The position numbers and the translations under genes are program-made. Below are positions 11,016-26,129 of a stretch of DNA of 64,000 nt, one piece after another. This stretch comes from Lama glama (Eukaryota): the NCBI GenBank assembly GCA_028534125.1, contig CM052818.1, positions 27,902,001 through 27,966,000 of the forward strand. The letters run 5' to 3'. The notes under the pieces were generated by a model. It saw only the letters and a program-made list of their open reading frames with translations. It was not told the DNA's origin and did not search any database. How positions within the stretch are numbered: position 1 is the first letter of the stretch; each line of letters starts with the position of its first letter.

Positions 11016-12954
11016 TTAAAAATAAACATTTTATAATAGTTTGCAAGAACAAATGGGGCCCTCAGAAGTAGATGGCCAAGACTTAAATATACTTCTAAGA
11101 AATGTTCTTTATTGCCTATGTCTTAAAAAATCCATCCTGAGAGACAGGAGGATCTATGACTTAAACATGGATGTGATGCTTTGGAACTAAATTCCAGTGG
11201 TGAATAGATATGAATTGATTGTGTCCTGAAAGGATTTTACAGCATCACAAATCCCACATATGTTATGGTATATACGTCTCTCTGTTCCCTTGCAAATCTT
11301 ATCATTCAGAGTTCAGTACTCATTACTCAAGGGCTAGTGTGAAAGAAATAATTGGATTTGGGTATAAAAAACAGAAAATTCAAAGAAAAGTTAATATACT
11401 TGTGTTCTTGGAAAACTTTATTTCATTCTTTTAACAGTAATCAGTGTGGAGCCAAATAATTAAGAAAATTTTGTTTCTGGTTGCATTTGCAACAACTCTG
11501 GAAAGTGAATGAGTAGAAACTTTCACTTAAAAAATGTCAGTGTGTGTGTGTATGTCTATTTTGGATAAGGAATTTAAAAGGCAATAAATTTAATAGCATG
11601 TGGTAATTTGGACGTGAAATGGTTGCTTACTTTTAAAAATCTATTCAACCAATCAACATGTACAACCATAGTAATTTTCATTAATGGCAATATAGAATTC
11701 AGAATGAGGCAAGAATGGCGTGTTTCAGAGCAATTTGGAGGAAGAATGTATGTTCTTTATTAAAATATATTTTAAAAGTAGTTCGATTATCATTTGATTA
11801 GATTTTCTCGTAAGTAACCAGACGCTGTCTTAACTGTCACCACATCCTGTCCGCTCCATCTCCTTCAGTCATAAGGTATATGGGGATTCAGTTTTTATCC
11901 AAATCAGTTTCTTCAACTGGGTTTAGCATACTGCAATTAAATGTTTCATCTTGACTATTAAAAATGGAAGGATTATTTCCCTTCTATCATCACCCTGTAG
12001 CTGTCTTTAAAATCTACCTATTTGGATTCAAATATATGCCCTTCGTTCATTTGGTAAATATTTAATAAGAAACTACACTTTACAGGGTATTCTTTTAAGC
12101 AAAATCAAGGAGACAGTGGCAAGTACACATGTTCATGCATTATTTAGTTAGAATTTCTTTACTTAAAAGTTTCCCACAAGTCATTGAATAGTTTTCCAGT
12201 GCATCTTTATTCAAAATTTATTCTGTACACTTACTTTCGCAAAGAAAAGACCAAAATATGATCTAGTGGATTCACAAACCTCTAAACTTAGTTTTGTTCT
12301 GTATTGTTTTGCTTTTTATTGACATCTGTGATTTTCTGAACAGTTGTGGATTCTGGATACAAAGACTTAAAAGTTATTGGTAGAGGGTAATATTTTTCCC
12401 TCATAAACAATCACTCTGGCTTTTCAAGGAATGCGTTTTTATGACCATGCCTTTCCTAAGACTCTCATAATTATTCACTATGACAGCATTTTTTTCCTAC
12501 ATTTTAAATGTGTGAAATTTGGGGACACACTTTGTAGATAAAACATCTACTGACTTCTTTAAGAAGGCTAAACGAAGGAGGGAGAATTTCCATGTGAGAA
12601 AAATGGCTGAATCTTACAATTTTATTTCCCTAAGAATTCCTTCTTTTTGAAAAATCTCACATTCATCTCACTGTTATAACCAGTTGTAAGAATATCCACG
12701 GGTTCTATTACATAAAACATCCCAGATCGTCCAAAGTTATCATTGAGGGATAGGAAGCTAAGACTGAAGTTTTCCCTTTGTTACCAATGTTTGAAAATCA
12801 GTGTTCAATTTTATTAATGAGCCAGTGAATTTCCTCACATAGTTCCTCTTTAATTGGAAGCCAAATACTGAGATTCAGGCAGCAGTAGAATGATCCAAAT
12901 TGAGAGGCTAGAATAAGGAATCATATAAAGGAGCCTCTGTCTTTTGGCGTTGAC

Positions 12955-13370
12955 AGGCTTCTTAATTTTAGCTATTCCAGTGGGCATATAGTGGTATCTC
13001 TTTGTGGTTTTAATTTGCATTTCCCTGATGACTAATAGAGTTGAGCATTTATGTACATGGTTAGGGTTTTTTCATGTGTCTTCTTTTGTGAAGTATTTGT
13101 TCAAGTCTTTTGCCAATTTTTAATTGGGTCTTTTGTCTTTTATTTTGGATTATAAGTTATTTATATATTTTGGATAAAAGTCCTTTTGTCTGATGTATGC
13201 ATTGAAAATCTCTCTTCAAATCTGTGGTTTACCTCTTCATTTTCTTAACTGTCTTGCAAAAGGCAGAAGTTTTAATTTTGGTGAAGAACAATTTGTGTCA
13301 TAAAACTATGCAGATTTTTTTCTTACATTTTTTTCTGGAAGTTTTACATTTTAAGATTATGATCTGACTC
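12955..13370 (-). mobile_element. L1M ORF2 3' region fragment
   Basis: 'gtggtatctctttgtggttttaatttgcatttccctgatgactaatagagttgagcattt...ttgttcaagtcttttgccaatttttaattggg' is a classic antisense L1 ORF2 C-terminal segment. Confidence 0.88.
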
Positions 13371-13591
13371 CAGAAGCTTTGAAGGTGGAGAAAAATGTTC
13401 CTGCTATGAATCATTTGTCTCTTAGACTTACTTTTCAATTATGCAGCATATTGATTTTTTCTTTTTTCTAGTTACTTTTAAGAAAATTACAAGAGATCCT
13501 TTTATGACATACTATCATTTGCCACTCTGAACGGAAAATGTGATGCTTTTTAGGAAGTTTTATTTATTTTTAGAATTAGAGCATCCTGATT

Positions 13592-13857
13592 TTTTTAATA
13601 TTTCTTAATCCTTAAATCAATTTAATTTTTTTGTATATAAAATTTTTTTATTGAAATACAGTCAGTTTACAATGTGTCAATTTCTGCTGTATAGCATAAT
13701 GCTTCAGTCATATATGAACATACATATATTTGTTTTCATATTCTTTTTCACCATAAGTTACTACAAGATATTGAATATATTTCCCTGTGCTATACAGTCA
13801 GTATGAGCTTGTTTTTTTTTTATCTATTATACGTATATATTAGTATCTGAAAATCTC
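13592..13857 (-). mobile_element. Short camelid-like L1 3' end with 15-bp TSD
   Basis: 'ttttattgaaatacagtcagtttacaatgtgtcaatttctgctgtatagcataatg...ccctgtgctatacag'. Flanked by tagagcatcctgatt (13577-13591) and tagaacatcctgatt (13858-13872). Confidence 0.88.
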
Positions 13858-15059
13858 TAGAACATCCTGATTATAATTAAGCTGTGGTCATTTTGTTTAT
13901 AGAAATGATTCACTTCATTAACAATCTCAAATTTATTAGCATAATCTTTCATTAAATATCTTATATTTTACTCCATTAAGTATATACTAATATATAACCT
14001 TCCTCTATTCCAAATTTTTATGTTTTTGCATATTTTTAGATTTAAATACTGCTTCTCTCATATACATATATGTATAAATATCATATATAAAAGCACTAGC
14101 CCCTATACTTATTTACCACTTCAACTGTTTTTCACATACAATCTAAATAGAAAAATAAGGTAGCTTTTGCAGATGCATGAAGAGTAAATCACCTACCATT
14201 TTTATATATCTCATGTATGGAGACATATATGTAAAAAATATCTTGGCTTTCAACTTAAGTATCATTTTCATGTTGAAAAAGAATACCATTTATTTTCCAG
14301 GAAATATACTTTTTATCATTCTTTCAATTCAAGTGTTAGCATTGAAATAAATCTCACCAAATAAGTAGAGTGAAATTGGCATAATTTAACATGATGTAGA
14401 GTAAACAGAAGTTAAGAATCAATAAGTGGCTCAGTTTGAGATCTCATCACTAAGTGATTTGTGATACACTTCTTTTTCTTCAGTCTACATCAGGTAATGG
14501 GATTTTATAGATTCTTGAGAAAACGATGAGTGTCCTGAGAGGTTTGAATGTATTTGTTTCTAATACATTGTTTAGAAATTAGCTTATTCTGAACAAAATC
14601 ATTTCTTGAAAGTAGAACATGTCATGATGGCTGGAAAATGATTGGTAACTTTAGATTTTATATTGTGGACCTTACTATTAGAAAAGAATGATACAACTTT
14701 TCATGATGAATATTAATAAGGCAGAACAGCATGCCTAAATAAAAACATCAGGTAACTTAAATAGTTTTTTTTAATCTGTGATTTTTGCCTACTGCTTCAT
14801 TTAAAATTTCTTAAAGGTGCTTTGAATATCTTTCCATATCAATTATTTTTGACATATGTTTTTCAGGTCCACACATGCTTGTCATTTCTCAGTATTCTCT
14901 TTTACTTCCTTTTAGTATGTTTTTGTGAATCCATTGAAAATATGAAATGCAGTAAAATTTGTTTTATATTGTGGTGAAAAGAAAATATTTTAGTTTTCTG
15001 AGTTTTCAGAGTCTAATATATTCAATTTAAATTTTAAGTAGAAGAGCTTCATAATAAGA

Positions 15060-18000
15060 AGATGGCAAAAGTAAATTTTTTGAATCTCCATAATTTCTAT
15101 TTTCACTCTCAAAAACATGGTATTTGAGTTCATAAAACAGCAAAAACAAAACTAACCATAATCAAAAAATTAAATTACATAGATAGCATTCAAAAAACGA
15201 AGTGACAAAATAAACTCCCAAATAATAGTCTTTGGAGCCAAACTGCTAATAGCAGTAAGACCCAACTGTTGTATGAACAGTTGTATAGGAGGAAGTGGGA
15301 AGAGCAAAGGGAGATTCGATGATCTTGAGAGACAATCTAACAACTAAGTCACAACCAATTATCTTCCCCAAATTGAGGGGTTCTCGCTCAGTGTGGAAAG
15401 TGTAGGGGAATCAATATGGGAATAGCAAACTGTATAGCAGTGCAGGCTCCAATTCACAGGTGACTGTAAAGAGAATACAAAAAGGTTGGACAAAGCCAAG
15501 TGGTATGGTTCCAATTGATTTTTGGAAACTAATAACGTAAGCTTGCTTCCCAGACAAACTACTATAGAAGAGAAATTGCTGGGAGTAGAATCTAAATTGA
15601 ATAAAAGAGATATTATGGGCAGAAGACAATGAAGAGCCAGATAATAGAGGGTGCATGGAAGAAAGATGAGAAGATCTCAGAAGGCAAAAGACCCTATTGC
15701 ATGATAGCTATGAAGGTAGCCAAGCTATTACTGATAGCTTTTAATATTCAGAAGAATAATCACGAGAGCTAACCTAAATTTTTCTCTCCGACAGCACTCC
15801 AAAAAGAGCTCATCTCATATCAAACATAAAGGGATTTTGTTTGAATCCTACAAAAATTCATTATTATAAACAGTGATAACAATGAGAAAAGACTGGTTTA
15901 TAGACTATGAAACTATAAAAGAACTACATGCACCCCAAAAGATGAAAATTTTAACATAGTACATTATCATGTAAAATTCAAGATGATAGACATAATGAAA
16001 AAAAGCATAATTTATAATTAGTTAAATTCTGAAATGATATGATAAAATATAAAATTAGTTCTAAGGAGAGCTAATAGAGCTCTGAAGAGAATTAAAAATC
16101 AGAGCAAAACTATTTCAGAAATAAAGACTGAACTAGTGAAACACTAGAACAAACATGTCAAAAAATAAATAGAAGATTGAGTGGAGGAAATATCTTTTTA
16201 TTTAATCAAAATGAGTTAGATAAATAGATAAAAGGATTTGAAAGTGGATAAGATAATATATATCTTTATCTATTTATATATCTGTACATATATCTGTTCC
16301 CACATTTGTGTAATAGAAGTCTGAATAGAAAACCAAAACCCAGGAAATATACAAATTTAACAATATTAAAAATTATAAATCATTAAATAAACTTACATAC
16401 GGAAGACTTAAACTTAAGTTTTGAAATGTCACACTGAATAGTGTATTCCGAGGAGCCAACACCAGAAAAATTTTAAAGAAAAATAAAATAGACAAAATGG
16501 ACAAGTCACCTATAAAGGAAGGAAAATCAGATTCACATCAGACTTTTAAGAGCAGAAATTTCCCCAGAAGACATTTGTAGATACTGAGGTATCTACAAAA
16601 AGAAAAACATTCAAATATAAAGACGTATATGACATACAGTGAACATGCATGACACTAGGGAATATTATTCTCAGGAGCCCATACTGAGGAATCTACTTTT
16701 GGCAAATCAATTTAGACAACCAAAGACTGGAAAGGTATTAACATAATGACATCTAGTAAACAGTCAATATACTTTTTTCTTGTAAGTGAAATAAAATGAT
16801 GTATATGTGAAGATCATGTGTAATAATATGTATTCTGGTAATATATACACTGTATAATACAGGTTGCACAACATGTATTCTAGACTTACTATAATAGTAT
16901 ATGCTCTGATAGTGTGTATTCAACATAACTTTTTTAAATGAGGGAGAAATGGGGAGACTATATGGAAAGTAGATTAAGCTCACTTATTGCTTCAGATTAA
17001 GTCCTGAATGAAAGAGAAGGTAAAGGAAAGAATGAGTTGAGTAGCTACTTTCAATATTTTCATAGCAGGGAACCAAGACAGAAATAACAAAAAGAAGGGA
17101 CTAATGATATTATAATAAAGATATTACAATAAAAGTGACCATTAGGACAAAATGCCCTATTTTTAAAAACATACTTTAAAATGTTCAAATAACCTATTTA
17201 AGTAACTAAAGATCTGCCAAAGTAAGAAGAGAGAGAAAGGGAAGTGACACACATATAGGCAGTCTTTTTTTCCATGCATGTATCAGACAAATATGACAAT
17301 ACTAAGATGAAATACTTCACTCATATCAGTAGATGTAAGTAAGTTTAACCCACATATAAAAAGGGAAACAGGCTTTCAACTGAAAAACAAAGCAGAATGC
17401 AAAACTATAATTTATAGAAGATATATACTAAGCAACGAAGTTTGGAAAGATTACAAGTAAAAACTTGGAGAAAGATACATCAGATAAATTCAGATAAAAA
17501 GAAGACAAAGGCCACAACCTTGATGTTTATCATCATAAAATTCAGATCAAGACATACAAAAAGAGAGTTTTGTATTGCTGTTTAATATAAAGTACAGTAA
17601 AGGTATAATAGTTATTAATAATTATGCATCCTATAACAATGCAACAGCTTTCTTAAAATAGATACAAATATGTAATTCGAAAGAGACAGTAGGATACTAA
17701 TGGTAGAAGCTGACTTTAATATATTCCTTCAATCTGTGAAAGTCAAGTAGACAAAAATAATTCTTACCACACCTCTTTTGCAAATAGGTAATATGCATAA
17801 AAATTGAGTGTGTCTTAGGCACCATAAGGAACCTCAGAAAATTCCAAATAATGGAAGTAACATAAGCAGCATTCATAACCAAAGTTCAATAAAATTGTTA
17901 GTTAATAAATAATTTTGAAGTGTTTTTTTTCCTGGATATTTAAAGATTTATTCTCAACCAACTTTTGGATTACATAGAAAATTTAGACCAATATTTCAGA

Positions 18001-20450
18001 ATTTGTTGAACGTAAGAATAAAATATAGAATGTATTTTAAACTTTTGAATATAAATGAATTACCAGAGAAAATTTATAACATTAAAACAGATAAATAAAG
18101 TGAAAAAGTTAAATACCTTGACACTGAATTCAAAAAAGTAAAATACAAAATAACAGTGAAATAATTCTAAATAAAAAGAGGAAAGAAGAAATTAATAAAC
18201 ATGAAAACATTGTTTATATAAAAACAAATTATACCTAAAAAGGTCTGTTGAACTAAAAATGTAGTGAAAACTGTTGAACTAATAAATGGAATGAAGAATT
18301 CTTTGATAGAATTTAGAAACCATAAAAAGTCTGACTAAATAATCAAGAGAAAAGAGAAGTTACATATGTTAAAGTTACTTAAAAATATAAGGCTACATTA
18401 CAGATGCCTATGCAGAGCCTTTTGAAAATTCTATATATAAAATGGTTACTTTTCTGGGAAAAATGCTTACCCAAAGTGATTTTAATTAAGATTGAAATTC
18501 TAAAAAGACTTTTAGCTTAGAAAATATAAAGATTAGAGTACTTCTCCTCAAATGCAACATTCGAGGTAATTTCAAAATGGGTTTCTCCTAACACATAATC
18601 CCAACACTAATTTATAGGTAATTTCAAAGGGTTCTCCTATCACGTGTCTCCTATCACATTGACAATAATCTGAAGGCTTGATAATACACTCTGTTAGTGA
18701 AGTAGTAGAAGTAAGCACTTGGGTATATTGCTTAAGTGTATATAAAAATGTTACAATCCATTCCCTAAAAGAAAGAATTTGGCTAAAACTTTTTTAAAAA
18801 AGTATGTACATTTATCTTTTAACTGAGCAATTCCATTTCTAGGAATTTATCCCACTCCCATTAGTATGAATATACATATATATATGTGTATATATATATA
18901 TGTGTGTGTGTACAAGACCCTTTATTATAGATCTGTGTGTATTAGCAAAGGAATAGAAAACAGCTTTGTGTTCATTAACAAATTACAGCTCCAACAATGT
19001 TGTTATAATGCGGAATGAAGTAATTAGCAGCTGGAAAAAGAAATAAAGGCTATCTCTAAATACTTTTATGGTGGTATCTCCATATTTCAGTTTTTAGTGA
19101 AAACAGCATGTTGAAGAAAATTACATATATTCACATATCTAGCATATATTAATATATCTACCCTTCTAACAAAAGATGAATAACTATATATATATATATA
19201 CCTTTTAAATATTAAAATGCAAAGATGAATTTAAAAGTATAAATAAATTGTAAAGATAATTAGGAAGTGTAGTAGAGGAGAAAGCACAAAGAAGCTGGAT
19301 TTTCCTGAAGGTAATTTGTTTTGTGGATTTTATTTTTGAAAATTGTATATATTTTACATAATTATAAAGTAATTTAGTTATAGTAATTCCTAAAAATTAA
19401 AAGGCAAAGGGAACAGGTAACTGTAACTCTGTATCCAGGAATTATTTTAAATTACCACATCCTAGGTGGTATAAACTTGAGGACAAAAAGAACAAAAATC
19501 TTAAAAGTGTTTTCTTCAATAATTGTGTTGGTATAATGTTGGTATTGTGATTCTGAGACTGTTATATTTGTAGCGTGTGATGGAGCGGGGAAAAAAAAAA
19601 GAACTAGGTTGGTGTCATAGAGAACTGAGATTTTCAGAATGGGAAATAAACATATACAGAATTAAAGAAATGTTAAGTTAAAATTCCAGAAGTTCTAAAT
19701 TAGAAAAACCTGCTTGAACTCAAGAAATATTTAATTGCAAATTATTTATTTCCTGGCCCTTTTCACCAAAAAGGTCTAGAAACAATGACTAACCATAGTG
19801 CTTGGGTTGTGATCTCTAAAAATCATATTTTATTAAAAGGAAGTAGGATTCTAAAGAAATAGCTGATTCCAGATCTAGGAAATTCTGAAATGCATCTGGA
19901 GAACTTTATTACCAGGAAAAAAGGAGGCTATCAAGGAGTTCTGAATTGGGTGAAAGGACTCAGAAACCAACTTACGTAGGATCCACTGACCAAATTTGGG
20001 TCAATTTGAATATGAATACATCAACAACAGAAGTTGATTAAAACATTTCAAATGTAGTTTAGTCCATCATCATAAGGGTAATTAAAAAAACAGAAAGCTC
20101 ATTAACACATTTAGAGAATGCTAGGAAACCACTTCATTATTTTTGAAAACCTGATAAAGAGAATCAAGAATTTGTCTGGTCTTCCTTTACTGTACGAACT
20201 ATAGTTTAGGATGACCAAAATAGCTGATATAAGTAAGTTTAATTTTACGGAAGCAATTCAGATCGTTGGGCAGTTTGGATGAACATGTTAAACAACACCA
20301 TGGAATGCAATTTGCAAAACCCAGCCTGTGTGAAATCCAAAGGGCAAATGACCCAGTTTCTTCAAAGAGCAATTTATAAGCTGGCGGGGGTGGAAGAGGG
20401 TTGGGGCTGGAGGCACAAAGAGTTGACACTTGGAATAGTGGCAGAAGGAT
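15060..20450 (+). mobile_element. Long, heavily degraded sense-strand L1M region (5'/ORF1/ORF2 remnants plus L1MC-type 3' UTR)
   Basis: A-rich; contains 'caagtcacctataaaggaaggaaaatcagattcacatcagactt' (ORF1), 'gagcaattccatttctaggaatttatccc' (ORF2 end) and 'aaatagctgattccagatctagg...aaaggactcagaaaccaactt' (L1MC 3' UTR). May be several elements. Confidence 0.75.
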
Positions 20451-21314
20451 TGGTTTTTCTCTTTTTACTGTATGCATTGCATTGCCAAAGAGTGCACTTG
20501 TATTTCCTTGCTATACTGGGTTTGGAAGTAAATATTGAAGGCTTTTGATCCAAATTATAAAACATATTGGGAGGTGGTACTTCCTTGGCTGTGCCCTGAT
20601 GTCACTAGACTAGTAACGTAGACTGGCATCTGTTTCATTGATACCTTGGGAGTACTGGCAACCATCTTTCAGTTGGACAGCATTATCAACAATAAAAAGT
20701 GTGGCACAGAGGTTTCCAACACAGAATAATTTAATTAGAAGTAGCAATCATGGAACAAATATTCAAGACTATACATTTTTAAAAGTTTAGTTTGATTCTT
20801 TGCTAGAGTACTTTGTTGAATAGCTAACACAATTTAAATACAGTAAGAGATTTATCAAGTAGTACACAAAAGCAGACATTACTTTATAGGTAAATGGCCT
20901 ACAACCTGCCATTTGTTTTAATTATATTTATTTTTTAATGCACAAGTAAAACATTTTTATAGAAACTTTAGAATCTGTAGCTATGTCATAGCTTACAATC
21001 TCAAATTATAGGCAGTAGAAATGGTCTTCTGAGAATGAGAGTGGCAATGAACAGTTCAGCTCCTGTGGGCTCTCAATTCATCCTACTCTTGTTTTAGCCC
21101 TCCTCCAGTCTGCTGTCGAATCTAGAAATAGTAATGGGACACATACTGGAAAACCGATAGCAAGAAAAGTTAATTGATTACTAGATCAGGATTAAGGAAG
21201 TGAGACAATGACAGTTCTTGGATCTCTTTATCTTAAAAATCTGGAGCAGAACCAGATAAAGGATTCAAAATCAAATAAACAAAATACTAAAGGAAAAAAC
21301 CCAGGAGATCTCTC

Positions 21315-21960
21315 TTTTTAAAATAATCTATTTTTGAATAATGCCTGAGTCACAGAGAAGACGAAAAGATAATACATATTCTCTTTACCTAATTTCCCCA
21401 ATTGTTAACGTCTATTATTACCATAATTCATTTAGTCAAAGTGAACACTGATACAGGTATATTACTGTTAACTACATTCTAGACTTTATTTGGATTTCAC
21501 CAGTTTTTATATTAATGCCCTCTCCTAATGTGATCTTTCTGTTTTACATTACACTTCACTGTATTACATTTAGTTACTAAGTTTCCCTGGTCACTTCGGG
21601 TCTGTGATAGTTTCTCAGTCTTTGCTTGATTTATAACCTTGGCAATTTATGGAAGTACTGGCCAGGTATCCTGTAGAATGTCCCCATGTCTGTGTTTGTC
21701 TGCTATTTTTCTCATAAGACTGGAGTTTTGGGTACTTGGGAAGACTACAGCATAGGTCAAGCACCCTTCTTATCCCATGATATAAGGGGGGGCACGTAAC
21801 ATTCACATAATATTACTTACTTTGTCACTAAGACAGTGTCTGTCAGGTTTCTGCACTGTAAAGTTACTGTTTTTCCCATACCCTACTCTAGGCTTTGGAA
21901 GTGAGTTGCCAAGTCTAGTCCACCCTCAAGGTAGTAGGGGGCAGGGATTAAGCTTTGCCA
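21315..21960 (-). mobile_element. L1MC-type 3' UTR fragment
   Basis: 'tagactttatttggatttcaccagttttt...gaagtactggccaggtatcctgtagaatgtcccc...gtcaggtttctgcactgtaaagttactgtttttccc' matches antisense L1MC 3' ends as recalled. Confidence 0.82.
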
Positions 21961-22269
21961 AGGTGATCTCTTTTACTTAAGAGGCACATTTTCACTTAGT
22001 TTAGTAATTGTTTAAGTATTTTTATAGTGTTTTTCAACAAATATGGAATAATCCGGAGTTCTTTCTCTATTTTCTTGTGTTCTTCCCTCAGGAAAAAGCA
22101 AAGAAAATGTGTTCATCCTTGATTGCTGTTTTCTTTCAATTTAGTTTTTAACTCTGTCCTGCATTGGAAACTTCCTCCACTTATCCATGTATATTTTAAT
22201 GTCATTAGCATTCTATTAACATCATAATTATTTGTAAATTATTGTTGCCTTCTTCTAATTTGGAGTCCA

Positions 22270-22960
22270 AGAAACCTTGGTTTCTTCTGTTTCCAGACTA
22301 TGTGGAATCATGGCACAAAAATCCACATACGTAGTTTATGAAATATCTTACCATAAAGATGCATATGGAATCATTGAACTATTGGAATGGAAATTAACAA
22401 ATTAAGGCTTCAAGAAAGCGGTGGCTGAGAGGTAGTTCTGGATTCACAGGGCCTCAAAGGAGTTTTGGCAGTAGGATTTAGGTATTGGTGTAGCATGAAT
22501 CAAGATTATCAACACAATTACTTCATTCTGTTTCGTTGGCAAGCAGCTTCCTCCTCATCTTACCCAAACGCTTAGTTCTGTTGTGCATCGTACATGGTTT
22601 TGACTTGCCCAGACCCAGGTTTTTCCCCACAGCATTTCCCAGCTTCTTTCTCACAACCAACTGCCAAAATCTCGTTAACTTCTTTCAGTTCAAAGTAAGA
22701 GTGGGGTGATGGTGCACATGAGCTTTCTGAGGTGGTATGTGTAGCACACAGCCCACAGCCCCCCAGAGCCCAACTGTCCTTGAATTAGGGCCTCCCCACT
22801 TGTCTGTCAGTTACCCTTATGCAGCAGAAAAGCAGAGTGTTCCTTCTCTGGAATATAGGGTATTCCTTCTCAGCAGTAGTCTGAGAGAAAATCAGTTTCT
22901 TTTACAAGAAGTGAACTGGGCAATAATTACAAACAGCCCATCCATGCTGGCACAGACACC
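22270..22960 (+). mobile_element. Possible old MaLR (MLT1-type) LTR
   Basis: Locally higher GC with weak resemblance to MLT1 segments ('aggcttcaagaaagcggtggctgagagg', 'ttcagttcaaagt'). Termini not identified. Confidence 0.3.
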
Positions 22961-24799
22961 TTTTCTGACAGGCATTATGTCTTCAAGATATAAATGTGGA
23001 AAATTCTTCTTCCATGTTATCTGTGTATCAGTAAGCTGTGCATAGCCCAATGCTAGCTATTTTCAAGGCTTTTGAGAATACCGTCATCTGGAGTAAGTAG
23101 GCAGAATGTTATACCGAGTGTGGTGTGGTGTGAGGACCACAGAAATGCCTTTTATCCTGCAAGATCTTTTTCTTCTGCCCGACTACTATTTCCTCATACT
23201 GTAGAGCTATGAAATTTCTAAGAGTACACCTGTCAGGTAGAAGTAAAAGCTTTCTCACAGAGGGACCTGAGTATTCTTTCCTCTTTGCAACCCTATTTTT
23301 CCATGCTTTCTTGGATAATGTTTATCATATGCTACGTTGTTTATTAATAGCTTCTTGGTCTGAGAACTACTGAGGAGAGACATTTCATTTTACTTATCTG
23401 TATGTGCTCAGAATTTTATTACAGTGACTGGCAAAAAAAAATAACTATTAATTTGTGTTGAATTGAATGCAGTGAAAGAATAGCTAAAGGATTTGCAATC
23501 ACTCACTAATGCTTTTAACAAGATTTAGTTTAATAGATTAACTATCTGAGTATGCATGGAGAAAGCAAGGGGTAAATTTTGGTAGGCTTCATGTAGATAG
23601 GTCTGAGCCCAGATTCAGGGAATGTATTTCTTTAAGGGGCTCTTAAAATCCTTGTTATGCCAGGAGACATTCAGAACTGGAAAATAGGAAGAATGAAAAT
23701 GAAAGGAGATGGAAAATACTTCAAAGCTATTTAAAAATTCTGGGGTCTCCGTTTTACTAGGAATTTACAAGTCCAGAGATTAATGTACTGAAATACTTTC
23801 CCCTAATTAAACTTCTTTTTTTTATAGTTCAGAAAGTATGTACCAACAATCTGTTACAAAAAGAATAGTCATTATTGATAATATCAAAGTTAAAATAGGG
23901 CACAGAAAAAAGCCAGTAAAAAGCCATTTACTTCTTAAATACAATGGCAATTGACTTTGATTTTCTTTTGACTTATTTTGGTCTTATTTTTTATTGTGTC
24001 ATTGCTGTTGGCTTTGAAAGGGAGCACACCCATATGTCATTCCACCTTTCTAAATCATGACCCCAATTAAGTATTTTTCACATATTGCATAATTATTTCA
24101 ACAAACAGTTAAGACATTAAATTACCTTTTCCATGTCAGATGTTGGTAGTGTTGGTACTATGAATAATCTTTAATGATTTAACAGTGTGTATGATTAATT
24201 AAAATATCATTAATAAATTTGTTAACTCGTGCTAGGTGAGAAAAGGCTCCTCTTAAATGGGTTAAAATATCAAATGAAAGAACCTCATTTCTGTAAAAAA
24301 TTGTATGCTTACAAGTATGTTTTATTTATTTAAATGTGACAATGTCATTTCAGTGTCGTAGATTTGTACCATTGATAATGATCCATCTACTTTCTATAAA
24401 CATTAATCTCAGGCAAGAAAATACAAGTGTATGCTTGTGAAGTTCTTTGGAAAAGTCGTCTTTTGTGCATGAGAATGAAACATCTTTAGTCACCAGTTAT
24501 ATCTTTGACATTGAAGAGCTCAAAAAATACAAAATAATCTGTTGGAAAGGAACTGATATTGGATCTTATAAAATCTTTTCCCTAGCTAACATATCTATAT
24601 TTTTTAAATTGTAAAAGCAATGTATGTATATTGAAAAGTTTTTTTTTCAATCACAAAATAGAGAATAAGCTCTTTTAACTTTAAGATAGTCATTTTCTGG
24701 CAGTACCATATAGTGGTTAGAAAAGTGAAAATTGGAATCAGTTTTCTGAAAGACAATTTCTCCTTTATTTTGAAAGCTTCATACTTTTTAACCCACTTG

Positions 24800-25640
24800 T
24801 AAACATGGCTCTCCTTTGTGGAAAAAGGAGTGGAAAGATTTTTTAAATTCCTTTGCTAGTAAGTTTAAAGTAGTTAAAAAAGGTCAGGGGATCGATAACT
24901 CACCATATCACAAATATGTACTCTTTTTCATTATTAAACTTTTCAGGAGTGCTTCGTATTTCCTACTTATGCTCCCACTCAGTCCTAATAATACGCTTTC
25001 TATCTCTAGTATTTCATTGACACTTCTTACCAAAGAATTCTTAATTGTCTGAACTAGGGATCCATTCATTTTCTTTTTTGTTTGTAATATTTTTGTGATT
25101 TGGGGACTTGGAACTTTTCTGCCTTTCTGGAAAATATCTTCTCCTTTGCCCTCCAGAATAGTATACAGCATTCTTGTTCCATCTCCCTGACCCTCCACAC
25201 TCCTGAGTAAGCATACTTTCTTTTTCTTCTCTGGGAAGAAAAAGTCCCCCGGGACTTTAGATGCACTGTCTCATTTAATTCTTATAATCCTAAAGGGAGT
25301 TCTCGAGCTCAAGTGTTTGTTTCCTTACTACAGTGACACTGCTTTAAAACTCTGCTTAGACTGTCATCTCTTAGAAACTGGTTCTTTCTGTGCTTTCTTG
25401 GCCTCTTGTCCAGCATGTGTGAGGCTTAAAAATCAGCAAATGCTCTGAGTGAGTAAAATGATAAATACAGGACTAATTTCATTGTGTTTCCTTTCCTTAG
25501 GGATCTTGGTCCTTCAAGTTTGAGCTGCCTTGGTTGTATTCTGATGTGTGGAAATTCTTCCTCTTAAAATATTTTATTCAGTTTCTTAGTAGCTCTGAGC
25601 AGAGAATTTGGTCTGATCCAAACTATTCCATCAAGGATGG
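24800..25640 (-). mobile_element. Old L1M 5' region remnant
   Basis: 'aaaaatcagcaaatgctctgag...ttcctttccttagggatcttggtccttcaagtttgagctgccttgg...tattccatc' resembles the antisense 5' end of old L1M. Confidence 0.5.
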
Positions 25641-26129
25641 AAAGGAAACTTCTCAGCAGTGCTGCTCGCCTGGTAATCTGATAACTATCTTATTGATCCA
25701 TCATGAGATCAGAGTGTGCTGGAATGGAATATATACCAACACTACGTCCTTCGTTTAGAAAGTCTTATATATCCCCTACCTTCCAAATGTGGTCTGAGCC
25801 AAACAGTTGATTTATATTCCTTGCATGCTTTAGTTGATTTACATTTTGGCACAAGCTCCTTATCGCATCACAATTTGTTAAAGAACAGTTCACTGACCAG
25901 CTAAGGACTTCATTAGTTATAGGACCAGAATGTGAAGCGCAGTACAGCCAAGAGTAAACTTAGTTGTATGCTAGCAACTTACAACATAATTTACTGAGGA
26001 TTCCCTTTTGTTGGATGCCTATCTTGAGACAGAGATTTATCAATTCAACAAAGCTCTGATAACTGCCTGTAATTATTCTTAAAATTCTTGGTAGTTTTGG
26101 TATTTCAGATTAAAAAATGATATAATGGA

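Noticed and set aside
14484..14493. 10-nt microexon-like motif (cag|tctacatcag|gtaatg)
   Set aside because: Frame-shifting length and lies in MIR-like sequence.
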